This document shows positions 10,992-21,307 of a stretch of 64,000 nt of DNA, one piece after another. The position numbers and the translations under genes are program-made. Under the pieces are notes generated by a model, which made no database searches, was not told where the DNA came from, and saw nothing but the letters and a program-made list of their open reading frames with translations. Each line of letters begins with the position of its first letter. Position 1 is the first letter of the stretch. This stretch comes from Perkinsus chesapeaki ATCC PRA-425 (taxonomy: Eukaryota; Protista; Perkinsozoa): positions 1 to 64,000 of the forward strand of contig JAAPAO010000103.1 in NCBI GenBank assembly GCA_013115145.1, written 5' to 3'.

Positions 10992-12518
10992 TCAGGCATT
11001 ATTTTTATCAACATTGCTGGAACTGTACTTGGTCAGGAAAATGGTGGGATGATATTTGTGGAATAACGACTGAACTTCATCCAATGTCTTACCTTTAGTC
11101 TCAGGTAGGAGCCACCATATGAATATTAACAATATAAAGGATATAACAGTGAAAAAGAAAAACACGGCCTGCATGGATGTTGCCTCAATTGCGTGATCCA
11201 AGGAAAGTAGAAAGACGGCTGCAAATAACCATGTAGTAGTTATTGAGAGGCTTGACGCCAATCCTCTTGCATGATCCGGGAAGAGTTCAGCACCCATAAG
11301 ATATAACAAGGGTCCAAGCCCAAGGGAGAAAAAGAAGTGATAAAGGTAGGATCCAACAAGAGAGAACCACGCTAAATGAGTACCTTTACCAATGCTATCG
11401 AGATAAAAGTATATTGCTATTAACAACTGTCCCATGCCCATCCCAAAGCTGCTTATAAGTCCTAAAGGCCTTCTTCCGAGTCTATCAATAAATAATAGTG
11501 CGAGAATGTTACCAGCTAATGATGTCAATTGTACCGTAAATGACATGAGATTAGGATTGTGTAAACCAGATTTAATAAATATGGTGGTCTGATAAAATAC
11601 AATAGCACTGAGGCCTGTAAATTGATTTAAAATAGGAACACCAATAACTATTATAGTCTGTCGTTTACATGACCATAATATCTTAATCCTATCAATAAGG
11701 GTGGCTGATCTATCTCCAGTTTTCCTAGTTGCCTCCTCTAATGCCTCTACTTCAGCTGATATACGTGGATCTGTTATGGGTACACCCCTTATATGTTGTA
11801 GAACCAACTTAGCATCATCTAGTCTTCCTTTTGTAGCTAACCATCTAGGTGTTTCACTGGAGAAGAACATTACAATAAAAAGGAGTCCCGATGGAATTAT
11901 ACATATAAATGATAATATTCTCCAATCAGAGAAAGTGGTAGAAGTGGCGAATGGATCTAGTGAGCCTGCCTGTGTACGTACAACTATACCTAGACCATAA
12001 ATAACAATCATACCAATAACTGTTACCAATTGAGTACAAGATCCAAATATCCCTCTTAATGGACTCGGAGATATCTCTTGAATATATACTGCCCCATTAA
12101 ATGAGCATACCCCTATTGATATACCTTCTAATCCACGACCTAATACCAGCACCCATGGGACTTTACCGACTCCAACGAGTATATAACCACAAGCGCTCAT
12201 AGGTGCAGCCAATAGGAAAGTGACACGGCGACCCAGCAGCTCCGTCACTGGACCACCGACAAGAGAGCCTATTACAGCACCAACTGTTACTGCTGCGCTG
12301 AATAACGATGATTCCGTAGACGTGGAGAATATATGCAAGTTATTATTGTAACCTATATCGATATGATGTCCATCTGGTGTCTGTATAGTATTCCTCATAG
12401 TATCAATAGTTGGACCAGTAAATCCAAATGCAAACCCAACAGCAAGGGGTGCTAACAAGGAACCGATAACATATAGGATAGCATGTCTATCCGAGGTCGT
12501 GATACGGTGAGATGCCAT
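10992..12518 (-). CDS. MFS sugar porter, copy 7, intronless
   Basis: 508-aa ORF; YIQEISP, ETPRWL, DRLGRR, PETKGKTLDEV motifs. Confidence 0.93.
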   Translation of the reverse strand: MASHRITTSDRHAILYVIGSLLAPLAVGFAFGFTGPTIDTMRNTIQTPDGHHIDIGYNNNLHIFSTSTESSLFSAAVTVGAVIGSLVGGPVTELLGRRVTFLLAAPMSACGYILVGVGKVPWVLVLGRGLEGISIGVCSFNGAVYIQEISPSPLRGIFGSCTQLVTVIGMIVIYGLGIVVRTQAGSLDPFATSTTFSDWRILSFICIIPSGLLFIVMFFSSETPRWLATKGRLDDAKLVLQHIRGVPITDPRISAEVEALEEATRKTGDRSATLIDRIKILWSCKRQTIIVIGVPILNQFTGLSAIVFYQTTIFIKSGLHNPNLMSFTVQLTSLAGNILALLFIDRLGRRPLGLISSFGMGMGQLLIAIYFYLDSIGKGTHLAWFSLVGSYLYHFFFSLGLGPLLYLMGAELFPDHARGLASSLSITTTWLFAAVFLLSLDHAIEATSMQAVFFFFTVISFILLIFIWWLLPETKGKTLDEVQSLFHKYHPTIFLTKYSSSNVDKNNA

Positions 12519-12811
12519 GTAGGGGAGTATATAGCTGAGGACTTAGGGTGATAATCATATCTTACTATACCCTACCGAACCAACAACAATAACAAGGGGG
12601 AAATCACGCCAACAATGAATGGTTAATAACGAATGATGCGTAATAATGAATTTCATGAAAAGCGAGTAGAAAACGAGAATACTTCTCGGGGAGATTACCG
12701 AAGCAACGAGCAAGTAGTATCAGTGAGATAATAACAGCTACAATGAAAGGAATGCTGATAAACCACTTTAATATTTCATAACAGAATTATAATTAGCATC
12801 GAGGTAAAATA

Positions 12812-14311
12812 TTATTTGGGGGCAAGTGTATATGGATCGTCTTCTCGTCTTACGACAAGTGCACTCCCTCTAGTTTCAGGTATCATTGTATAAACAAACA
12901 CTATCATAAGCATTCCAATAATAGAAAAGAACCAGAATACAGCTTGAATAGAAGTAGCTTTAATAGCAAAGTCAAGAGTTAAAATAAATATAAACGCCAT
13001 CATCCAATTTGCCATAACCGCCATACCAGAGGCAAAACCTCTAATATCATCTGGGAATATATCACAAGTTATCATCCATCGTACAGGAGCAATTCCAAGA
13101 GCAAAGGTAAATTGATAAATATATGTAGCAATAACACATATCCATGAAGTGATGTAACTTTTATATCCTTCTTCATGGATAAGATAGAATGATAGGCCAA
13201 CTAAGAACTGAGCTATAGTCATACCAATAGTACTAATAAGTAATAGGGGACGTAATCCTACACGCTCGATACAGCATAATGCAATACTATTAGATATAAA
13301 TGTAACAATCTGAACGGTCAAAGCCATTATATCAGCCTCTTTAATACCTGCTAAAGAGAATATAGTTGATTGATAGAATGTTACTGCATTTACACCAAGT
13401 AGTTGTGTCATAACATTAAGAGTGAGTGATATGAATACACCTTTCTTGTAAGAACACCACAAACATAGGCTTTTATAAATAGAATGATGATGATATCCGT
13501 TAACCGTAATGGGAATAATACTATCCAGGGTTGCTAATTCAGAAGCAATAGAGGGATGATCTAAGGTTACTCCTCTTAGTTTAGCCAAAGCTTCTTTGGA
13601 CTCTGATAAACGACCTTTTAATGCTAACCATCTTGGAGTCTCTGGTATCGCAAACACTGCTGTAGCCAATAGAACAGGAAACAGTATCAAAACGAAGGAA
13701 ACAGCCCTCCAGTTACAGAAGGTTTGTTGTGTTGCCTTTGAGTCTAATGAACCTGCTTGAGTTCTAAAACCCATTGCTATAACATATGTAAGACCAATAC
13801 CAACTGTTAAAGCGAGGTTACTCAAGGTACCTAAAGCTCTTCTACGATTGTCAGGAGATATCTCACTAATGTATACCGATGATACAAATGAGTATAATCC
13901 AATTGCAATACCAGATATAACTCTAGCTGTAACGAAAAGATAAAAATTATTAGCAAATCCAATAATAATAAAAGAAGTAGTCATGAAAAGAGAGGCTAAA
14001 CATAGGGGAAGGCGTCGACCAATAGCATCAGTCAATGGGCCACCTGCAAGGGTTCCGAATATTGCTCCAACTAGGCAACTAGAACTGAAGATGCTGGCTT
14101 CGGCAGTAGTTTTGAAAACATGCAAGTTGCTATTAGGACCGATCGGAATAGTGTGATGAGCATTGAGCATTGCATCCAATACAGTATTCCGCATTGTATC
14201 TATAGTAGGACCTGTAAATCCAAGAGATGTACCCATAGATAATGGTCCAATAAGAACGACAAGGATACTCAACGTAGCACACCATACCCTATAATGTAAC
14301 GTCATTGTCAT
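12812..14311 (-). CDS. MFS sugar porter, copy 8, intronless, divergent C-terminus
   Basis: DAIGRR, YISEISP, PETPRWL, PETRG motifs. First ATG is at 14311; the track start at 14365 is TTG. Confidence 0.9.
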   Translation of the reverse strand: MTMTLHYRVWCATLSILVVLIGPLSMGTSLGFTGPTIDTMRNTVLDAMLNAHHTIPIGPNSNLHVFKTTAEASIFSSSCLVGAIFGTLAGGPLTDAIGRRLPLCLASLFMTTSFIIIGFANNFYLFVTARVISGIAIGLYSFVSSVYISEISPDNRRRALGTLSNLALTVGIGLTYVIAMGFRTQAGSLDSKATQQTFCNWRAVSFVLILFPVLLATAVFAIPETPRWLALKGRLSESKEALAKLRGVTLDHPSIASELATLDSIIPITVNGYHHHSIYKSLCLWCSYKKGVFISLTLNVMTQLLGVNAVTFYQSTIFSLAGIKEADIMALTVQIVTFISNSIALCCIERVGLRPLLLISTIGMTIAQFLVGLSFYLIHEEGYKSYITSWICVIATYIYQFTFALGIAPVRWMITCDIFPDDIRGFASGMAVMANWMMAFIFILTLDFAIKATSIQAVFWFFSIIGMLMIVFVYTMIPETRGSALVVRREDDPYTLAPK

Positions 14312-14589
14312 ATAGAGGAAATAACCAACTAAGGTACACAAGGGATGTGAGATAAGAATTATCAACTCAACTATATTTAAGGAGCGAATACTAACTTATT
14401 TGTTGAAGGTTGGGGGTCCACTAAAGCCAAGCCAAAGCCCGGCGGCGGAGGCGGCATCCTACAATACTAGAAGTGTTATGAATGATTATAGGAAGTGTGA
14501 AGCCAAAAAGGAAGGTTGATGAGAGTTGATGGTGCGCCTGGCTATATTATGATAGACAATATTCGATGGAACAACAACAATGGTGATGA

Positions 14590-16041
14590 CTAATGGGAAA
14601 AGATAGACCGAACCTCATCCAGACTCTTACCTTTGGTCTCTGGCACTCTGAAGTAGACAAAAAGGAATGATAATGCAGCCGCACAGGCATAAAACCAGTA
14701 AACAGCTTGGAGTGAAGTTCCAGATACAGCATACTCCAGTACCAGAATACAAACATATGCACTTAACCAATTACCAAAGACAGACATACTTGCAGCAAAG
14801 CTACGTATTTGATCTGGAAATATCTCAGAAGATATCATAAATCTAACAGGACCATTTCCAAAAGCATATGCTGTTTGATATAGATAAGCTGATAATACAG
14901 ATAACCAAGCAAGGCTAGTAGCAGTACCCGATCGATCGATGTAAAAGTATGTGCCCATTATAATTTGGCTTATCATCATGCCAAAACAACTAACCAGTAG
15001 GAGAGGTCGTCGACCTACTTTATCTATAACACAGCAAGCTGCACCATTTGCTAATATAGTAACAAGCTGTACTGTAATAGCCATAATATCTGGCCTTCCT
15101 AAACGAGCTCTTAGAAATATTGTTGTTTGAAATAATGTTACTGTTGATACACCTGATAATTGAACCAATACATGTATCATAATAGATATGATAACCTCCC
15201 TCCAGCATAAGATCCATGAATGAATAACACGACTTATGTTATTATTTGATATTTCATATCTGCTCGGAGAACTTATGGATAGCTCTACTCCAACTTTGGG
15301 ATCATTAATATCACAATCTCTCAAACGAGCTAAGACTTGTTTGGCGGCTTCAGTTCTACCTTTCATAGCTAACCATCTTGGACTTTCTGGTAATACAAAT
15401 GGAGTAAATAATTGAATACCAGATGGTATAGTAGACAGAAAGGATACTATACGCCAGTTACAGAATATATTTCCAGTAGTCGCACCAGGTACATTAGTCA
15501 GAGCAGCTACACCAAAGGAGTATGTAAGAGCGATACCAATGGCGATGGCTAAACTCATAGATCCGCCCAAAACTCCACGTAGATGAGTTGGAGCAATCTC
15601 ACCGATATAAACAGATACAACAAAAGAATATATTCCTACTGCAATGCCATTGATAAAGCGAATTGTTATTAATCCATATATGTCACTTATTAATCCTAAT
15701 ACAATAAAGCTTGATACACTGATAAGAGAAGCCATAAACAAAGGGGCACGTCTACCAGTACTATCGGTAAGAGGACCACCAAAAATGGTACCTATTGCTC
15801 CACCTATCAACAAAGATGAACTAAAGATGCTACTTTGGGTAGAGGACTTAAGTACATAAAGATCTGATGATGGACCAATATCAATATGGTTGCCAAATTT
15901 ATCAATTACTGTATTTCTCATAGTATCGATAGTTGGACCAGTAAAGGCTAAACCTATACCAGTTGATACGCCACCCAAAAGGCTGATACATGCGTAAATG
16001 ATAACATATAAATTAGAAGGTTTACTCATAACTGTTAACAT
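14590..16041 (-). CDS. MFS sugar porter, copy 9, intronless (most upstream copy)
   Basis: 483-aa ORF; YIGEIAP, PESPRWL, DKVGRR, PETKGKSLDEV motifs. Confidence 0.93.
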   Translation of the reverse strand: MLTVMSKPSNLYVIIYACISLLGGVSTGIGLAFTGPTIDTMRNTVIDKFGNHIDIGPSSDLYVLKSSTQSSIFSSSLLIGGAIGTIFGGPLTDSTGRRAPLFMASLISVSSFIVLGLISDIYGLITIRFINGIAVGIYSFVVSVYIGEIAPTHLRGVLGGSMSLAIAIGIALTYSFGVAALTNVPGATTGNIFCNWRIVSFLSTIPSGIQLFTPFVLPESPRWLAMKGRTEAAKQVLARLRDCDINDPKVGVELSISSPSRYEISNNNISRVIHSWILCWREVIISIMIHVLVQLSGVSTVTLFQTTIFLRARLGRPDIMAITVQLVTILANGAACCVIDKVGRRPLLLVSCFGMMISQIIMGTYFYIDRSGTATSLAWLSVLSAYLYQTAYAFGNGPVRFMISSEIFPDQIRSFAASMSVFGNWLSAYVCILVLEYAVSGTSLQAVYWFYACAAALSFLFVYFRVPETKGKSLDEVRSIFSH

Positions 16042-16109
16042 TATATAAACAATAACTACATTATGGTCTGGTTACGAGACTCTGGTACTAACTTTAACAG
16101 CCTCAACCA

Positions 16110-16175
16110 GAGGTAACTGAGACGTAGAGGGACGGCGATTGGGTGGCGCCCTCAGTGCGCCCGTGTCACGCGCCT
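16110..16175 (-). promoter_or_regulatory. GC-rich island upstream of the transporter array, candidate promoter
   Basis: CpG-rich patch (gacggcgattgggtggcgccctcagtgcgcccgtgtcacgcgcc) about 70-130 bp upstream of the first ATG of the array; contains CCAAT on the minus strand. Confidence 0.35.
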
Positions 16176-16481
16176 ACAATAATTATTATTATGACCAATG
16201 ATAAATCATGATTGGATTACGAACTATGCGAGGGGTATCCTGTTAAGGGAAGATGGTTTATAATAAGATATTATTCCAATGTTGAACCAAAGGATAAAAG
16301 CGGACTTGAAATATTGCTTACATAAATCGGCGGAGAGGAGACACCGAAATATTATGAGCATCGCCAAAACTCAAGAGAGACAAGGCTTGAAAAACGGTTA
16401 TTTGAATACAGTAAATGTAAGGGCTAACTTCCGTATAGCAGGTGTTATCATTATTGAGTGAGGTTGATATTTAACAATAGT

Positions 16482-19400
16482 TTAATCATAACCACCACCA
16501 CCACCAACAGCAGCAGCATTATCTGCATTAGTAGCAGTTGCTGATGGTTGTGGTTGTGGTGGTGCTTCATCAATGACTATTCTCCGTTGAAGTTCTTGCT
16601 CTTCTGCTCTCATAGCCTAAACTATACTAACTCACTATACTGTACTAATACTTATTATTACATATTTACTACGTATCAATACCAAGAGTATAAGGGTAAC
16701 AACACATATTGCTAATAGCTTTAAGCGTTTATCAGCAATCAATGATAATGCTAACTCATCTCTGGCAGGTAAACAAATATACCTTAACATATCACTTCTT
16801 AAATAAGGGGGCTATAAAAAAACGTATAGAGTTGCCTACCATTCTTGTATTTTAAGTATAACACGCATAATTGATACAACAGTAGCACCAGATGATGGAT
16901 GTACCTTATAATGGTGGTAATTAATAAGTTAATATACTATTAAATAATAATGAATACCTCAATACACTTTTCATAGTGTTTGGCTGCCAGTGATAAATCC
17001 ATTGGTACACCACCAAGTCCCCATTGATACATAAAACCAACATCAAATCTAACAATATGGTAATTATTATGATGATGATTGAATAACAGGAAGAGTAACC
17101 TGTAGTAATATTTACCTTGCTTGACCTATAAAGGGTTGCATCCATTCAGAGATAACGTGTGTATCTGCTGTACGCCTATAATGTGATAATGCATTCTCAT
17201 AATCCGGTATATCCTATTATTAACATTATATTAATAATATCATTATAATCCTACTTGTCTGTAATAGCGTATTTCAGCCGTTTGAAGTTTGCGTGTAACT
17301 TCTATTTCATCATTATTATTATCATCATAATCTTTTAATATATTACTATCATTAAATGTATCAGCTAATTCTACACCAATACCCCATCCATAATATCTAA
17401 TACATAATACAACAGCAACTACTACTACTACTAACAATTAGTGTTATTATTATTACGCGAAATCACCAAGTCTTAACTCACTTGATGGGCTACCTTGATC
17501 TGCACTCATCTCATAGAAACGTTGTGCTAATACTCTACCAGATGCATTTGGTACTTCCAATGGTGACAGCAAACGTACTAAGGACATACTATCAGTTTTA
17601 GGGGATAATACACCACCACCGCCACGGTTGGCCTGATGATAATAACAAATATATGCATTATCAACATAATCATGATTACTTCATCTTCGATATCATAACG
17701 TTCAGCTGCCTCATTAGAGAATAGTTTAACATGGTCTCGATCTAGTAGATGTGCTAAATTAGATTGAGAGACTTCATTACCAGCTTCAGCAAGCTGTAAA
17801 AAACTAAGTGCACCTAATGATGATAATGATAATAAGGTAAAGTATTGTTGTTCTTGTTGTTCTCACTTGCTCTAGGATCCACCGTTTTTTGAGCATAAGC
17901 TGCATCTAAAATATTTGTAACCCAATCACCCCTTTCAGCAACTTCCTTGAGTAATTTAACTGCCATTCTACAATCTCTTACCGTACCTTCAAATAATATT
18001 AAGAATGATATTAATACTCATTACAACAACAACAACAACAAGCTTAGCCTTACCAACACCATTAAGATGCATTATAGCTAATGCATAAGCTGCTGGTGTA
18101 TGACCACGTTCAAGTGCTTGAGCATACCACATAAATGCAGTAGGGAAACTTTGTACTGTACCGGTACCTAATAGTAATAATAATTTATATTAGTTATTAT
18201 TGTTATGAGAATTATACCTGTTAAATAAAGGCTTGCTAAATTGAACATGCCATCAGCTGATCCTTTTAGAGCACTGTTATTGAAGTTTAAGAATGCTTCA
18301 TCGAAGTCACGCGCCTCGAAATCAAGATATCCCAAACCATTGAGACCTTAAGACCATGATTAGTTAGTTGGACCAAGATGAGGTGGTGGTTACCCAAGGA
18401 ATCTCCTTTATCAGCTGCAGCTGAGAAGAATTGTCTAGCTTTAACCATATCAACATCCATTCCTAGTCCAAGACAATACCTATTATTAATAATAAATGAT
18501 GATATTATTATTATACTTACATATATCCTAGAAGTGCTTCGGATTGTGGATGAGACTGTGCTGCACCAATTTGAAGGAATTTTCGTGCCTCAGAATAACT
18601 CTGCTGAAAACCCTCTACTCCCAGTAAAAACCTGATAACCCTCCTTCTGTTGTAAGTTGTTTATTATTATTATTATACTTTACCGTTTTCCAACAGCACT
18701 TGCTATATTAACATCACCACCATAGGCTAGCTGCTTGAATAGTGATATCTCATTAGGGCTTAAACCCTTCTTATTACCAGTCTAATATACAACATACTAC
18801 TATTCACTATTTATACTATAACCTACTGCTACTACTACCTCACCAGCTAATACACCTTGAAGATTAAGTCGAACTAATTCTACTGCTTGTGGTAAGCCAG
18901 TAGAGTAGATATGTGCAATACGTTGGGCTATCTGCAAGATTATTATTATTATATTAATAACATAGTGGTGGTAGAGTATTGTTACTTCAATATAGTTCAT
19001 AGCTGCAGTCTCACAATTACGAGGTACACCATAACCATAATAATGACGATAACCCATTGTCATTAAAGCACCTGTATCACCACCAGTTGATGATGCATAC
19101 CTTAATAATACGATATTTTAATAATCATTTAATAAATGATATTACAGATATAATATACCCTTCCCATAATCCATCTCATGATCACCTGGTGTAATAATAC
19201 GATTAGGATCACCACGATTATTAGAATAGTAGAGTCCAAGTATAAATCTAAAAAGGAAGCATTACTTCTTCTTGTTATTTATAATAATAATATTATTACT
19301 GGGCATGAGGCTCCCCTCCATTTGCAGCAATCTCTAATAATTGTGCAGCCCTGGTACTATTCAAAGGTAATTCACATTGGCCTAGTTATAGGGTATAATA

Positions 19401-20093
19401 ACAACAACAATATTCATACGATAATACTACTACTACCAGCATAAGCTAAAGCCGTTAAATTCCCTGAAGATTGATAGATAGATAAAAACTTATCATATCC
19501 TTCTTGAAGATGACCCGAACTGATAAAAAATGATAAGATAAGAGTATTGTGTGTTATTCAGGTTTGGTAGCTCACTTTAGGTAATCCATAGCTCTTTGAA
19601 ATTGTTGTATTGTGGAGGTGGCATGGAGGCGGCCACCACGACCAGACTCCTCTTCATCTGTATACTCAGTATACCCCCATTGTTTATTCTTATCATATAC
19701 AATTAGATCATCCTAATATAATATTATCATACAACAGTAAGTTACAACAATAGATGCTGATGCTGTTACTTGTCTATTGCTGCTGCTGGTGCCTGAAGAC
19801 CAGTATGATATACCACCCTCTCCTGTTGATGGTGTATCTTCGTTATCGCCTAATAATCAATTACCTCGCGAATACTAAAGATACATACATATTCATTACC
19901 AAATATTATAAACTGTAAAACATCCAATGCAAAAAACGCTATTAGAATAGCTAAGACAGCACCACATTTACCAATACCACCACCGAAGATACCACCTGAA
20001 CAACATAACAACAACAACAGTAACAACAACAACAACTACAGTAACAACAACAACAACTACAGTAACAACAACAACTACAGTAACAACAACAGT

Positions 20094-20142
<49 letters not shown>

Positions 20143-20381
20143 GTAACAACAACATCATCATCATGATTACCGTGTTGATCTCTGTGGTGATGAACACCAC
20201 CGTCACCACCCTGATGATTAGGATCTCTTCGCCTTGGTCTTCTTCCTTCTTCATCAACAGCTTCACCAGCGGCCTCAACAGGTGTATTATTATCATTATT
20301 ATCCACTTCCCTCTCTCGTATTCGACGTTGTCTTATACCATCATCTCCATCTATGGGCACTTGAACAATTGGTGGATCCAT
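16482..20381 (-). CDS. Sel1-like repeat protein (SEL1L/Hrd3-like, ERAD), multi-exon
   Basis: Sel1 repeats such as MGYRHYYGYGVPRNCETAAMNY and GHTPAAYALAIMHLNGV; hydrophobic segment near the C-terminus. The N-terminal exons (MDPPIVQVP.., GGIFGG..AVLAILIAFFAL) were joined by eye using GT-AG introns. Confidence 0.75.
19991..20160. repeat. Compound (AAC)n / (AACAACAACTACAGT)-type microsatellite, intronic
   Basis: Directly visible; reads as (TTG)n just upstream of the 3' splice site on the sense strand. Confidence 0.9.
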
Positions 20382-20488
20382 ATGATCAAAAAACAGCCCA
20401 CTAAAGAGTAATATTATTAAGTAACATAATATATTGAGATAGTTAAGGAAACTTGATGTATAAGTATTATTATCCATTAGTACTACCA

Positions 20489-21036
20489 TTAGAATATATG
20501 AACACAATCATATACCAATGTCCACATTAATACGAATCCCTAAAGATAATATTAATAATAATGAGTAGTAGTACATGAAATAGGTAATTAATACCATTAA
20601 TCCAGTTGAGAGCTGACCAATTGCAACGTCCTTTTCACTTATGAAATACTTTTTACCATCACCACCTAGTCTTAAGTATAACTAATAATTAAATGATGAG
20701 TATGAGTTGGGATAAGAACAAGTCGATTAATTACCATTAATGAGCCAAATAGTTGTACAATAGCAAAGAGTAATAAACCATATTGGAGCCCTTCTACTCT
20801 AAATATACCAGCTAATATACCACCAAGTATAGCAGAGAAAGTTCGACTAAAATAACAATAAATAATAATAAAATTCATCATCATCATCATATAAGGTAAG
20901 TCATCGGTCACATCCATCCTTACCATGAACTAAGCAACCTCATATTATTTGCTAAAGCTGATTTCTGTATCAACTCTTCCGGCTTAACACTTTCAGGTGT
21001 CGTTGATGATGATGGTCCCCTACCTAGGGCTGACAT
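20489..21036 (-). CDS. EMC6: ER membrane protein complex subunit 6 (4 exons)
   Basis: Spliced translation ..LANNMRLLSSCRTFSAILGGILAGIFRVEGLQYGLLLF..KKYFISEKDVAIGQLSTGLMGFVLMWTLVYDCVHIF* matches the EMC6/Rab5ip pattern. Confidence 0.85.
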
Positions 21037-21307
21037 ATACTACTTATGAATAGTAGATTATACAACAACCTAGAAGATCCAAGACAACAACACTCAAACA
21101 AAATAGGTAATATATATTGAAGCAGCAGCGGATATAAGGAACGTTAATATTATACGTTAACTATGTTATGTAATAGCAGCACAAATGTTGTAAAAGGCAA
21201 GAAATAGTTGTAAGATAGTCATACAGGCGGCGGCGCAGCAGCAGTTTCAACTACAACAACAAGCGATAGCGGAAGACAGTTATCAGAATAAACGTGAAAT
21301 ATAATCA

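Noticed and set aside
1141-15859. Many short ORFs overlapping the transporter genes (mostly antisense)
   Set aside because: They are shadows of the 12-TM coding frame and recur at equivalent positions in each paralog, with no independent signals.
455-16041. Bacterial-style operon or contaminant interpretation of the intronless array
   Set aside because: No Shine-Dalgarno or terminator patterns; the proteins look like eukaryotic class-III porters and the array is contiguous with intron-rich genes.
20075-20411. Poly-Leu/poly-Val ORFs (20075-20296, tail of 19968-20507) and similar ORFs at 24024-24239 and 36934-37161
   Set aside because: These are translations of intronic or low-complexity trinucleotide microsatellites.
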